From the NCBI GenBank assembly GCA_041666305.1, contig JBAYHD010000002.1:64684-128683 (forward strand): a stretch of 64,000 nt of DNA, written 5' to 3'. Made by a program: the position numbers and the translations under genes. This DNA is from Minisyncoccota bacterium. GTDB taxonomy: Bacteria > Patescibacteriota > Minisyncoccia > Phycocordibacterales > Phycocordibacteraceae. The notes beneath the pieces were generated by a model. That model was not told the DNA's origin. It saw only the letters and a program-made list of their open reading frames with translations, and did not search any database. Below are positions 1-11,183 of this stretch, in pieces. Each line of letters starts with the position of its first letter. The stretch's first letter is position 1.

Positions 1-158
1 TGCACACGAGCAACGGGCGGTCATCCGGTTCCGGCATAGTGCGCGCTCCTTCGTGCACCACCTGCACGAGCTGTTCCGTTGTTTTATGGATGGGCGGTAC
101 GTGAGGGGATGTGTCGCGCGTCAGATCCTCATTCATAACTCAATGATATCAGAAAATA

Positions 159-509
159 TTATTTACAATTCGCTGCCGGGGCATAACCTGCAGCAACTGC
201 TGCTTCAGCTGAAGCGAACCACACTTTATTTGTGGGAGATATGCGATCCGCTCCTGCACACCCCGTCGGATAATATTTTGTTCCGTTCATTGAGGCAACA
301 AATTGTCCTGATTTTGATGGTGTCGCGTCTGCCGAAACCGGCAATGCCTCAAACCCCTCAACAGACACCTGGTGGGCATCCAGACCGGCAAAATATCCCA
401 ATCCAAAACTTGCTGACGAAGCGAGTACGAGAATCCCTATAATGAGCATATCAGGGGGTATTCCGGTCAGGAATCCTTTGCATTTTCCCCGCACTTCTGC
501 TATAGTCAT
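159..509 (-). CDS. membrane-anchored Ada-like Zn-binding domain protein
   Basis: C-terminal 'YYPTGCAGADRISPTNKVWFASAEAAVAAGYAPAANC' matches the Ada metal-binding domain pattern (Y..C....RI...N..F.S...A...GY.PC..C); N-terminal hydrophobic helix. Confidence 0.5.
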   Translation of the reverse strand: MTIAEVRGKCKGFLTGIPPDMLIIGILVLASSASFGLGYFAGLDAHQVSVEGFEALPVSADATPSKSGQFVASMNGTKYYPTGCAGADRISPTNKVWFASAEAAVAAGYAPAANCK

Positions 510-602
510 TAAATAATAGTAACAAAATACAGGCGTTAGGCTTTAGCACAAACATAATTATTGCTACTTCCTAGCGCCTAGAGCCTAATAAGCTAGTTAG
601 AT

Positions 603-875
603 ATGGCATCAACGAAAGCAGGCGGATCAGCGAAAAACCTCAATACTTCAAACCCGAAATACCTCGGCGTGAAGCTTGCTGACGGTGCCGCCGCCCGCCC
701 GGGCATGGTCATCGTCCGCCAGCGCGGCACAAAAGTAGAGGCCGGTAAAAATGTGCGCGTGGGCCGTGATCACACTCTTTTCTCCGTTGCGACCGGTACC
801 GTTTCTTACCGCACGCGCCGCAAGACGAACTTCACCGGCAAAATCATTTCCAAGAAAGTGGCCGACGTCGTCTAA
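603..875 (+). CDS. rpmA: 50S ribosomal protein L27
   Basis: 'GGSAKN...LGVK...G.IIVRQRGTK..AG.NVG.GRDHTLF' L27 signature. Confidence 0.9.
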   Translation: MASTKAGGSAKNLNTSNPKYLGVKLADGAAARPGMVIVRQRGTKVEAGKNVRVGRDHTLFSVATGTVSYRTRRKTNFTGKIISKKVADVV

Positions 876-889
876 CTTCCCTTTCGTAC

Positions 890-927
890 AAAAAATCGCG
901 ACACCTTTTCAGTGTCGCGATTTTTTG
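890..927. terminator. bidirectional rho-independent terminator between convergent rpmA and rplI
   Basis: A-run, hairpin atcgcgacac/gtgtcgcgat, then TTTTTTG. Confidence 0.7.
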
Positions 928-933
928 TTCAGA

Positions 934-1377
934 TCATTCAGCCTCGATGATGATGGAAAACTTTCCGAACGTTTCGCCCGCAGAGACCGGGATATCAAAT
1001 GTGCCGAGCTCCTTGAACGGCTTTTCGAGCTTGATGACGCCTTCCGGCAAGTCGATATGCCCTTGTTCTTTCGCAGCCGAAATGATCTCCGGCTCCCCTA
1101 CCGCATCATACAAATGCCCTTTCTCATTTGCCTTTACGCGTATGACGATGCGCGCATCTGCGAGAGACGCGATGTTTTGCGCGAGGAGCGTGGCGTCGAG
1201 TGCGGAACGGTCCGTTACCTGCTTGCGGCGCGTTTCGGCCTCTTTCTTCGCGACGGTCGTTGCGGCTATGGCGAGCTTCTTCGGGATAAGGAAATTCAGC
1301 GCGTAGCCGTCCGAAGCCTCTATTTCCTCATGAGCACGCCCCACGTCCTTCACGTCTCTGATCAATATAACTTTCAT
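934..1377 (-). CDS. rplI: 50S ribosomal protein L9
   Basis: N-terminal 'MKVILIRDVKDVG...GYALNFLIPKKLA' typical of L9. Confidence 0.85.
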   Translation of the reverse strand: MKVILIRDVKDVGRAHEEIEASDGYALNFLIPKKLAIAATTVAKKEAETRRKQVTDRSALDATLLAQNIASLADARIVIRVKANEKGHLYDAVGEPEIISAAKEQGHIDLPEGVIKLEKPFKELGTFDIPVSAGETFGKFSIIIEAE

Positions 1378-1410
1378 ATCGCATCAGCTTACTGTATCTC
1401 CTCTCATTAA

Positions 1411-4035
1411 TCAACGTTGTCCTATTGTCGCGTGTCTCCGATGGAACATCCATTTCCCGAACTCGACAGCGACGATATTGAACAGACCGACCGCCGCAAC
1501 ACCGAGGAGCCAGATGGACGGCAACGCCACGGTGTCAAATAGGGATTGAAGGAATGGAACATATATCGCCGCGCCCATAAGAATAACGCCCATGCCTACG
1601 CCGATGACCAGATACGGGTTCGAAAAGAGAGGGTAAGACAGAATGCTTTTCTCCAGACTTCTGAGCGAGAAAGAGAGAAAGAGCGTATACGTCCCGAAGC
1701 TAGCGAAGACAAATGTTCTGACGATGTCTTCTGCGAAGCCGGCTTGCAGAAGCCCCCAGTACAGTATGAACAGCAGTGCGCTTGTCGAGAGACCAATGAA
1801 CAACACGAGAAATTTCATCAATGGATTGAAGAGACCAGCACTCCTATCGCGCGAATGCTGGGACAATCCATCGATATTCTTTTCAAAAGCGAACGCGACT
1901 GCGGGGAAACTGTCTGAGAAGAAATTAACCCATAGGATCTGAAGTGCGTTCAGTGGGAGCACCAAGCCGGTAGCAAGCGCTCCCCCGATCAAAATCAGTT
2001 CATCCGCGACGGACGAGAGAAGATAGACTACCACCTTTCGGATATTGTGCATGATCTGCCGGCCTTCTTCTACTGCGGCGACGATCGTCTCGAAATTGTC
2101 ATCGAGTAACACCAGGTCAGCAACATCGCGAGCCACCTCGGTACCCGACCCCATAGCGATGCCGACATCGGCCTGCTTGATGCTCGGAGCATCGTTCACG
2201 CCGTCGCCGGTCATAGCGACTACTTCTCCCATGCTTTGTAGCACCTGCACGATCCTCATCTTATCGAGCGGTGATATCCGAGACACCACGCGCAGTGTCG
2301 GCAGGCGCTTTTTCAAATCATCGTCCGACAGCGTGCGAAGCTCTCGCGCGTCGAGTGCATTGTCAGCATCGATATGCATGCCTACTTCTCTGGCGATCGC
2401 CTCTGCCGTACCGCGATGATCGCCGGTCAGGATCATCGTCCGTATCCCTGCTTGTGCCACCCGGAGTATCGCTTCTCTGGCGCCAGGCCGGACCGGGTCA
2501 TGGAGCGTCAACAGACCTTCGAAACAAAGCTGGGAGAGCTTCAGGTCCGTAGAAAAGGAGAAGTCCTCTCCCGACTCGACCTCTTTCGTCGCGATGCCCA
2601 TCACCAACTCGCCCGACCGAGCCAGGGCGTCTATTTGTCCCAGTGTCTCCTTTTGTCGTATGGGAGAAAGTGTCGAATGCGCGACGAGGATATCAGGCGC
2701 GCCAAAAAATAGCAGCTCATGCTTCCCGCGACTGCGCACAAGCGACACAGAGAATTTATTGACGGCATTGAACGGCATGGAATTCAGCACTGCTCTGTCT
2801 CGAACGGCAGTATCAACCGTGACGCCGCGGAGCGCTGCGGAGCGCACGAGCGCCATTTCCAACACTCGACCGTTCATGCGCCACTCGAGCGGCTGGTCAT
2901 GAGGGTTTTCTACCAGCACGTTCGTATTCAGGAGCGCCAATTCGAGCAGGCTTTCTTCTCCCCTCTCGCCGGCCGGTAAGATCTTGCTAAGGGTCATCTT
3001 CGCTTGCGTGAGCGTCCCGGTTTTGTCGGTCAGGATCACCGTTGTACTTCCGAGCGCTTCAGCGGCGACCAGTTTCCTCACCACCCCCTTACGGCGGGTC
3101 ATGCGCTGTACGCCGATCGCCAGAATAACCGTCATGGCCACCGGCAGGCCCTCCGGAACCGCCGCGACGGCAATCGCTACCGAGGTGAGGAACATTTCCG
3201 CATACGAGTATCCGAGGGCAATGCCGGCGCCGAAGATGCCCAGCGTCAAGATGCCCAGGAACATTCCGAGTTGTACGCTGAACACCTTTATCTTTTTTTG
3301 CAGTGGTGTTTCTTCTCGATGAGAATCAGCGACTAATGCCGCTATCTTCCCGAGTTCCGTAGAAAACCCCGTCCGGCACACTATCGCCGTGCCGATGCCC
3401 TGAGTGATCAACGTCCCGGCAAATACCATCGAACGCTGATCGCCAAGAGCCGCCGTTCCAGCCGACGGCTCGACAGACTTCGACACCGGCAGAGATTCGC
3501 CCGTAAGAATCGCTTCATCGACCTGAAAATCGTTGATGAATACGAGTCGCGCGTCCGCCGGGACTCGATCGCCCTGCATGAGACGCAGGCAGTCCCCCGG
3601 CACGATGTGTGCGGCATCAATCTCGCGCTCGACACCGTTACGGACCGCCCGAGAACGCTGTTTAAGATAGGTTTTCAGTTCTGCAAGAGCTCTTTCCGCC
3701 TTGTATTCTTGATAGAAACCCAAAGTAATGTTGACAAGGACAGCGGCAAAAATAAACAGCGCATCGCGATAATGGCCGATATAAGACATCACGCCGCCCG
3801 CGAAGAACAGGATTACGATAAGAGGACTTTTACATTGGCCGTATAAAATAGAGAGTCCTGACGATTGCTGAATTCTCTCAATCACATTGAGACCATATTC
3901 CTTCAGTCGCCTCCCTGCTTCTTCTTCTGAAATTCCACGCTCGATATCGGTGTGCAGTTCGGCGGCAATCTTCGGTATGGAATATGACCAGAACGGACGC
4001 TCTCTTGATCCGAAGGATGTGCGCCCGAGCGTCAT
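1411..4035 (-). CDS. P-type cation-transporting ATPase (P2/Ca-Mg type)
   Basis: DKTGTLT phosphorylation motif, TGDGVNDAPS hinge motif, 8-10 TM segments; the ORF-track start at 4107 overlaps the upstream gene, so an internal Met (MTLGRTS) is the likely start. Confidence 0.85.
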   Translation of the reverse strand: MTLGRTSFGSRERPFWSYSIPKIAAELHTDIERGISEEEAGRRLKEYGLNVIERIQQSSGLSILYGQCKSPLIVILFFAGGVMSYIGHYRDALFIFAAVLVNITLGFYQEYKAERALAELKTYLKQRSRAVRNGVEREIDAAHIVPGDCLRLMQGDRVPADARLVFINDFQVDEAILTGESLPVSKSVEPSAGTAALGDQRSMVFAGTLITQGIGTAIVCRTGFSTELGKIAALVADSHREETPLQKKIKVFSVQLGMFLGILTLGIFGAGIALGYSYAEMFLTSVAIAVAAVPEGLPVAMTVILAIGVQRMTRRKGVVRKLVAAEALGSTTVILTDKTGTLTQAKMTLSKILPAGERGEESLLELALLNTNVLVENPHDQPLEWRMNGRVLEMALVRSAALRGVTVDTAVRDRAVLNSMPFNAVNKFSVSLVRSRGKHELLFFGAPDILVAHSTLSPIRQKETLGQIDALARSGELVMGIATKEVESGEDFSFSTDLKLSQLCFEGLLTLHDPVRPGAREAILRVAQAGIRTMILTGDHRGTAEAIAREVGMHIDADNALDARELRTLSDDDLKKRLPTLRVVSRISPLDKMRIVQVLQSMGEVVAMTGDGVNDAPSIKQADVGIAMGSGTEVARDVADLVLLDDNFETIVAAVEEGRQIMHNIRKVVVYLLSSVADELILIGGALATGLVLPLNALQILWVNFFSDSFPAVAFAFEKNIDGLSQHSRDRSAGLFNPLMKFLVLFIGLSTSALLFILYWGLLQAGFAEDIVRTFVFASFGTYTLFLSFSLRSLEKSILSYPLFSNPYLVIGVGMGVILMGAAIYVPFLQSLFDTVALPSIWLLGVAAVGLFNIVAVEFGKWMFHRRHATIGQR

Positions 4036-4595
4036 ACTGCTTGCGCGATAAGGCCGATCAACACAATGCCTGCGAAATTGAAGACAAAAGAAAGAGGGAT
4101 GAACCATGCCGTCTGTATCCTTGAAAAACCAAAGAGGCCGATTCCGAGCTCGTCAGGAAGTGGCGAAGCGATGATCAGACCTCCTACAAACAGCGATACC
4201 CAGCGGAACAGCCGCAGTTTGAAGAGCGCTCGGACTCTTTTACCTACGTGTCGATGCCCGAACAGTTCAAGTAAGTGTCCGGAAAATCTGTCCCGAATGA
4301 ACCGGAAGATGATCAGATCGCCCACGACTGCCCCTGCCGCTCCGAAGAGAGCCGCCGGCAATATCGCTTGCACGTGAGCAATCTCGCCGAATGCGGCTAT
4401 CGCGGGCGCTGTGGTGAAAATCGAGGTGAAGAACAGTCCTGCGATAAAGCTTCCGACAAACCCAAATCCTTCCGTCGACGCCAAAATCTCCACAACGATA
4501 CCTGTCCTGACCATGAATGCGGCGAACACGATACTCACGGCAATGATCAGTATGTCATGCAGAAGAAAACCATTCGTGCGGCTCGTGGCATTCAT
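4032..4595 (-). CDS. multi-pass membrane protein (DedA/TVP38-like, tentative)
   Basis: hydrophobic, 5-6 predicted TM helices, R/K-rich loop; family assignment weak. Confidence 0.5.
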   Translation of the reverse strand: MNATSRTNGFLLHDILIIAVSIVFAAFMVRTGIVVEILASTEGFGFVGSFIAGLFFTSIFTTAPAIAAFGEIAHVQAILPAALFGAAGAVVGDLIIFRFIRDRFSGHLLELFGHRHVGKRVRALFKLRLFRWVSLFVGGLIIASPLPDELGIGLFGFSRIQTAWFIPLSFVFNFAGIVLIGLIAQAV

Positions 4596-4626
4596 TCAGA
4601 AAAGTATACCAGCTTGCTGCACCGAT

Positions 4627-5883
4627 TCATTTCCCGGTCGTCAAAAATTGGATGGCACGTGCGGTTTGAGGATCTTTTTTGGCGGTAGCATCCGCTTGGG
4701 TGAACGGCACGCTGATGTCCGGAGAGACTCCGTTACCCATGATCCAATGGCCGGCGGGAGTTATCCAGCGTGCAACCGTGATCTTGAGTGAACCGCCGGC
4801 AAGATCCACAAGCGTCTGTACTGAGCCTTTCCCGAACGATTTCGTGCCGATCAGTGTCGCGGCGTGCGCGTCCTGCAAAGCGCCGGCGAAGATCTCGGAT
4901 GCGGAAGCGGAACCACCGTCAATGAGCACGACGATCTTCGTCCCCGCGGGTACGTCATTGTATCCAAAGCTTGTATGCACATTGTTCGGTTCCTTTTCGC
5001 CGAAGTCCTCAGTCACGATAGTCGCACCCTTCGGAAGAAAATGGCTTGCGATGTCTACTGCCGCATCCAGATACCCGCCCGGATTGCTGCGTAGGTCAAT
5101 AATAAGTTTCTTTGAGCCGGATGCTACAAATCGGTTGAACGCCTGATCAAAAAGACTCGCAGAATTGGAGGTGAATTCGTAGAGCGCGATGTGGTACACA
5201 CCGCTGTCCTTATCAATGCCGTCATCCGTCTCCGGCACCTGGATGGTCTGTCGCACAATAGAAATATCCTGCGCTTTGCCACCGCGTACGATAGTGACGA
5301 TAACGGTCGAGCCAATGGGGCCGCGTATCTCATTCACGGCTTTATCGGTTGAAATGCCATCGGTGGATTTGCCGTCGATGGCGGCGATCTGATCGCCCGC
5401 TTTGATGCCAGCAGCTTCGGCAGGCGTTCCCTTCAGCGGTGCAATGACCGTGAGGATATTATCCTTTATATCAATTTCCATGCCGACGCCGGCGAAGCTT
5501 CCTGAAATGGTGTCTGCAAACGCTTTTGCTTCTTCAGGTGGGAAAAAGACGGTGTACGGATCGCCATACGAGGACGCCAGTCCGGAAATAGCGCCCAAGA
5601 CCCGTTCCCTGCTTGTGGGAAGCGTCGACGAGGCGTGCGTAATGACATAATTAGTATTCAGCGCATTCCATGCTTTCCAGAAATCCGCCAAGTCCACGTT
5701 CTGATTCGGCGTTGCATCAAGACCGTCTCCAATGAGCGGGATGTGCGTGACGATGGCCGCGGTGGTCGTGCCGCTACCGGCGACCGCAAGACCCGCGCCG
5801 AAAGCGATCGCTGCGACGAGCGCGAACGATACGCCACGTGCCGCGATGCTTCGACCGCGGTGATATGCTTCTCGAGCATCCAT
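4627..5883 (-). CDS. ctpA: C-terminal processing peptidase S41 with PDZ domain
   Basis: PDZ 'GVGMEI...GTPAEAAGIKAGDQIAAIDGKS', S41 'IIDLRSNPGGYL' and catalytic-region motifs. Confidence 0.85.
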   Translation of the reverse strand: MDAREAYHRGRSIAARGVSFALVAAIAFGAGLAVAGSGTTTAAIVTHIPLIGDGLDATPNQNVDLADFWKAWNALNTNYVITHASSTLPTSRERVLGAISGLASSYGDPYTVFFPPEEAKAFADTISGSFAGVGMEIDIKDNILTVIAPLKGTPAEAAGIKAGDQIAAIDGKSTDGISTDKAVNEIRGPIGSTVIVTIVRGGKAQDISIVRQTIQVPETDDGIDKDSGVYHIALYEFTSNSASLFDQAFNRFVASGSKKLIIDLRSNPGGYLDAAVDIASHFLPKGATIVTEDFGEKEPNNVHTSFGYNDVPAGTKIVVLIDGGSASASEIFAGALQDAHAATLIGTKSFGKGSVQTLVDLAGGSLKITVARWITPAGHWIMGNGVSPDISVPFTQADATAKKDPQTARAIQFLTTGK

Positions 5884-5920
5884 TTCGTGGAGTGTAGCAC
5901 GGGTATGGTATCCTAGTCAT

Positions 5921-6838
5921 ATGATATTCCGGTACGAGTATCCAGGCGGTGTGTGGGTCGACCTTGAACAACCGAGCGCCGACGAAATACGGCGCGTTGC
6001 GCGGGAATTTTCCATCAATGAGCGGCTTGAGGCTGAACTCTTGTCCCCCACCCCGTCGCCACTTGTCGCCGGCGACGAAACTGTCGCGCTTCTCGTCCTT
6101 CATTTCCCCGTGCAGGAAGACGGTGGCGGGACGCCGAAGAGCCAGGAGATAGATTTCATCGTTGGCAATCGATTCATCGTGACCGTGCGCTATGAGGTCA
6201 TCGTGCCACTCCATCACTTGAAGAAACTTCTCGAGACGGAAAAAATCGTTTCCAATCACGATGGCATTTCCACCGACGTCTTACTCGAGATACTGTTCGC
6301 ACATCTCTACACGTCCGTGCGCGACCATACCGATCACGTAGCAGCGAATCTCGAACGAGTGGAACGGCAGATGTTCGACGGGCGCGAGCGCAACACGGTG
6401 CGGCTTATTTCCAACATCAGCCGAGAATTTCTGCATTTAGAAGCGGCGCTTGCGAATCAAGAGGAGTCACTTGGGCGTTTCCTACACGTTCTCGCTGAGC
6501 GCAGTCTCTTCGGCGCATCTTTTGTCGAACGTTCTATTCGCATTGAGGCAGAACGCGCACAAGTCGCGCACTTTATCAAGACACACCGCGCGATAGCGAG
6601 TGAGATGCGTGAGACCAATATTGCCCTTCTTGAGGCGCGTCAGAATGAGATTATGAAAACACTGACACTTATAACGGTCATCATACTACCTCTTGAACTC
6701 ATTGCCGTCACGCTCGGTATACACGCTCAAGGAGCGCCACTTGAAGAAAACCCTGATGCATTTCTCATCATCATGACCATCATGTTCAGTCTCGTCGTTC
6801 TTATGGTGCTTTTCTTCGCTAAAAAACGCTGGCTCTAG
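5921..6838 (+). CDS. corA: CorA-family Mg2+/Co2+ transporter
   Basis: cytoplasmic alpha/beta domain plus two C-terminal TM helices; GMN-like loop degenerate. Confidence 0.65.
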   Translation: MIFRYEYPGGVWVDLEQPSADEIRRVAREFSINERLEAELLSPTPSPLVAGDETVALLVLHFPVQEDGGGTPKSQEIDFIVGNRFIVTVRYEVIVPLHHLKKLLETEKIVSNHDGISTDVLLEILFAHLYTSVRDHTDHVAANLERVERQMFDGRERNTVRLISNISREFLHLEAALANQEESLGRFLHVLAERSLFGASFVERSIRIEAERAQVAHFIKTHRAIASEMRETNIALLEARQNEIMKTLTLITVIILPLELIAVTLGIHAQGAPLEENPDAFLIIMTIMFSLVVLMVLFFAKKRWL

Positions 6839-6841
6839 TCT

Positions 6842-6982
6842 ATGCCCGGTAGGACAACATGGCATCGTGTCTTTTACTCCAACTGCGATTTGCATGATAT
6901 ACAATGACAATGCACTATGAATTCAATGACTCAATTTGAAAGGCGTGACACAGAGAGTAATGCCATGTTGTCCTAACCGGGT

Positions 6983-6984
<2 letters not shown>
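6842..6984. repeat. ERIC/MITE-like intergenic element copy 1 (21-bp terminal inverted repeats, ~95-bp variable core)
   Basis: left arm cccggtaggacaacatggcat, right arm atgccatgttgtcctaaccggg (reverse complement with 1-nt bulge); second copy near 50305. Confidence 0.8.
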
Positions 6985-8443
<1,459 letters not shown>

Positions 8444-8457
8444 TACACTAGGCAGTA

Positions 8458-9813
8458 ATGGCCGCTGACCGAATTCCTCCCCAATCACTTGAGTCCGAAC
8501 GCGCCCTTCTGGGCGCACTTCTCCTCAAACCCGATGCTATCCACGATGTATCGGACCTTATTCATGCGGATTCTTTTTATGCAGAAAAGCATCGCCTCAT
8601 TTTCGGCGCAATGCGCGAACTTGCCGAGCGCGGTGAGCCGATTGACCAGCTTTCCCTTTCCGCGCGTTTGCAGGACCAGGGATTGCTGGAGCGCAGCGGC
8701 AGCAGAAGCTATCTCGCCGAGCTCGCAGGCTCCGCTCCGGCACCGGGCAATTTTCCTCATTATGCGGAACTTGTCTCGCGCAAGTATCTGATGCGTTCAC
8801 TTATCGATGCTGCATACGGCATCACCGAGTCCGCGTATGACGATGCGAGAGAAACGATGGAAGTGCTTGATGAAGCTGAAAAAAGTATCTATGCGATCGG
8901 CAACGCTTCCGCAGCGCACAAATTTACCGCCATCGGCGATAAGGTTCACGAAGCATGGGAGCGCATTGAAGCACTCTCGCACAAAGAAGACGGTATCCGC
9001 GGAGTGCCGTCCGGCTTCCCTTCCCTCGATAATCTCCTTTCCGGTTTTCATCCTTCCGACCTCGTTATCATCGCTGCACGCCCTTCAATGGGAAAGACGT
9101 CGCTCGCGCTCGACATTGCACGCAATGCCGCCGTGCGCCACAACGTCCCCGTCGGCATCTTCTCGCTTGAAATGAGCTCGGAACAGCTCATTGACCGCAT
9201 GCTTGCGGCGGAATCATTCGTGAACTCGTGGAAGCTTCGCACTGGCCAAGTGCGCGACGAGGAAGATTTCGGCCGCATCCGCGATGCGCTCGAAGTGCTC
9301 TCAAAGGCGCCGATTTATATCGACGACAAGCCGGGCAACAACATTCTCGCCATGCGCGCGGTGGCGCGCCGCCTCAAGCGTGAGCGCGGCATCGGGCTCA
9401 TCGTGGTGGACTATCTCCAGCTTATGTCGCCGACTTCCACGAAAGCCTCCGATTCTCTCGTGCAACAAGTGACCGAAATATCGCGCTCCCTCAAATCGCT
9501 CGCGCGCGAACTTGAAGTACCGGTCATTGCGCTCTCTCAGCTTTCGCGCGCGGTTGAGCAGCGCGGCGGCAAGCCTCGATTGAGCGATTTACGCGACTCC
9601 GGTTCCATTGAACAGGATGCGGACGTGGTGATGTTCATCCACCGCGAGGACAAACGAAATCCCGAGAGCGACCGACCGAACATCGCCGAAATACTTATTG
9701 AGAAGCACCGCAACGGCCCGACCGGAAAAACCGAACTGTACTTCGACGAAAAGCGCGCCACCTTCCAGCCGATGGACACCGCGGGTTACGGCGAGCTCGC
9801 ACAGGAGTTCTAA
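8458..9813 (+). CDS. dnaB: replicative DNA helicase DnaB
   Basis: N-terminal DnaB domain (PPQSLESERALLGALL), RecA-like core with Walker A 'GKTS' and 'DYLQLM'. Confidence 0.9.
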   Translation: MAADRIPPQSLESERALLGALLLKPDAIHDVSDLIHADSFYAEKHRLIFGAMRELAERGEPIDQLSLSARLQDQGLLERSGSRSYLAELAGSAPAPGNFPHYAELVSRKYLMRSLIDAAYGITESAYDDARETMEVLDEAEKSIYAIGNASAAHKFTAIGDKVHEAWERIEALSHKEDGIRGVPSGFPSLDNLLSGFHPSDLVIIAARPSMGKTSLALDIARNAAVRHNVPVGIFSLEMSSEQLIDRMLAAESFVNSWKLRTGQVRDEEDFGRIRDALEVLSKAPIYIDDKPGNNILAMRAVARRLKRERGIGLIVVDYLQLMSPTSTKASDSLVQQVTEISRSLKSLARELEVPVIALSQLSRAVEQRGGKPRLSDLRDSGSIEQDADVVMFIHREDKRNPESDRPNIAEILIEKHRNGPTGKTELYFDEKRATFQPMDTAGYGELAQEF

Positions 9814-9819
9814 ATTTCA

Positions 9820-10440
9820 ATGGATCACATTGACGAACTTGCGACGGCACTTGCTCGACTCCCCGGCATTGGGCCGCGGCAGGCGAAACGCTTTGTTTAT
9901 TTCCTCCTCGCCACACCTGCTAGCGAGCGCACCAAACTAGCGGAGCTTATCGCGTCTCTCGGCAAAGAAGTGCGCCAATGCCCCGACTGTATGCGTTTTT
10001 ATAATGGCAGTACGGCAACGATATGCGGCTACTGTTCCGATACGAAGCGTGATGATGCGTTATTGATGCTGGTGGAAAAAGACCAGGACCTTGCGGCGGT
10101 AGAACGCGCGGGTACCTACAAAGGTCGATACTTCGTACTCGGCGGCGTGCTGATGCTTTCCGGCAAAGGCGCCATCCGAGAAAAAGAATTAGTGCACACC
10201 ATTGAAAAGCGCCTTTCTGATGGACACTCCGTGTCCATCAAATTGCGCGAGGTGGTTTTGGCACTCTCCGCAACGAGTGAGGGCGAACACACGGCAGACC
10301 GCGTGCGCGAACTTCTCGCACCCTTTCGCGACCTTTTGAAGACCTCAGAACTCGGCCGCGGCCTTGCGACCGGAAGCGAGCTCGAATATTCCGACGCCGA
10401 AACGCTCCGCGCCGCGCTCACCAACCGCAAAGAGGCATAG
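9820..10440 (+). CDS. recR: recombination protein RecR
   Basis: C4 zinc finger 'CPDCMRF...CGYC', Toprim domain. Confidence 0.9.
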   Translation: MDHIDELATALARLPGIGPRQAKRFVYFLLATPASERTKLAELIASLGKEVRQCPDCMRFYNGSTATICGYCSDTKRDDALLMLVEKDQDLAAVERAGTYKGRYFVLGGVLMLSGKGAIREKELVHTIEKRLSDGHSVSIKLREVVLALSATSEGEHTADRVRELLAPFRDLLKTSELGRGLATGSELEYSDAETLRAALTNRKEA

Positions 10441-10455
10441 GCACGAAACAGAAAA

Positions 10456-10498
10456 GCCTCACACGAAGGGGCCGTGTAGGCTTTCCCGTGTGAGGCTG
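10456..10498. terminator. hairpin between convergent recR and nucleotidase genes
   Basis: agcctcacacg ... cgtgtgaggct 11-bp stem. Confidence 0.5.
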
Positions 10499-10502
10499 AG
10501 TC

Positions 10503-11087
10503 TCAGATGCTTCTGACAACTTCGAGAATGTCGTTCCATGAATGCACCCTGTGCATGTTTTGCTGACAGAGCACACTATTGTAATTCCATGGAGCATCAA
10601 AGAGCAGGGCCTTACTCACAACCGGCGCGACATTTTCGACATAATGAATAGCATCGTCGACAAACACTTGCACGCCGAGATGGTGACACAGTTGCCTTTT
10701 CGTCATGCTCCCATCTCGATGAGCATCACTTCGCGCAAAACAGATAGAGTCCACAAGCGATGGAAAGTATTTCATAAGGCATGCCCGTGTCTGAGGTTTC
10801 GTGTTACTTGGCCGAGAGGTGATCACAACAACCTCTGCCCTGCTTTGAAGCTCGCGAACTGCCTCAACGGCACCGAGAATAGGAGCAAGCATCTCGTGCT
10901 CGGGCGAAACAAAGAATTCATCAATTCTCTTCGTCATCTCCCTACGGGAACAACTCCATAACATATCAAGACTGTAGGTGTGGACATCATCTCTCGTAAG
11001 TGCCGTGCCATACCGACGGTTATGGAATAGCTGCACCGCGGATTGACAATCCACGAGTACGTCGTCAAAATCAAGGCCAATAATCAT
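10503..11087 (-). CDS. HAD-superfamily 5'(3')-deoxyribonucleotidase-like protein
   Basis: 'IGLDFDDVLVD' DxDxV HAD motif I at the N-terminus; the ORF-track N-terminal extension (to 11204) runs through the REP palindrome and is probably not translated. Confidence 0.55.
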   Translation of the reverse strand: MIIGLDFDDVLVDCQSAVQLFHNRRYGTALTRDDVHTYSLDMLWSCSRREMTKRIDEFFVSPEHEMLAPILGAVEAVRELQSRAEVVVITSRPSNTKPQTRACLMKYFPSLVDSICFARSDAHRDGSMTKRQLCHHLGVQVFVDDAIHYVENVAPVVSKALLFDAPWNYNSVLCQQNMHRVHSWNDILEVVRSI

Positions 11088-11149
11088 GTCAATCCTCCTG
11101 GTGGGTTCAAGTCTGCCGCGACTATACCACGGGTGATTATTCACTCCCA

Positions 11150-11174
11150 ATGAAAGGTTTACGAAACCTTTCAT
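11150..11174. repeat. REP copy 1, 25-bp palindrome atgaaaggtttacgaaacctttcat (inverted orientation)
   Basis: near-perfect palindrome; the asymmetric centre (tacg vs cgta) defines orientation. Confidence 0.85.
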
Positions 11175-11183
11175 GTATACTGG

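Noticed and set aside
53-442. 129-aa plus-strand ORF at the window start
   Set aside because: Overlaps the minus-strand Ada-like Zn-binding ORF whose conserved C-terminal motif is recognisable. The plus-strand translation has no features.
751-1410. 219-aa plus-strand ORF overlapping rpmA's end and all of rplI
   Set aside because: Antisense to the L9 gene and running through the rpmA terminator hairpin. rpmA and rplI assignments are strong.
4032-4107. Long N-terminal extensions of several ORF-track genes (P-type ATPase, murA, second mreB, glutaredoxin, rmuC, mraZ, rsmH, greA, ldt, PAP2, csp)
   Set aside because: Extensions overlap upstream genes or repeats and precede the conserved N-terminal motifs. 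Internal Met starts (often ATGA-coupled to the neighbour) were used instead.
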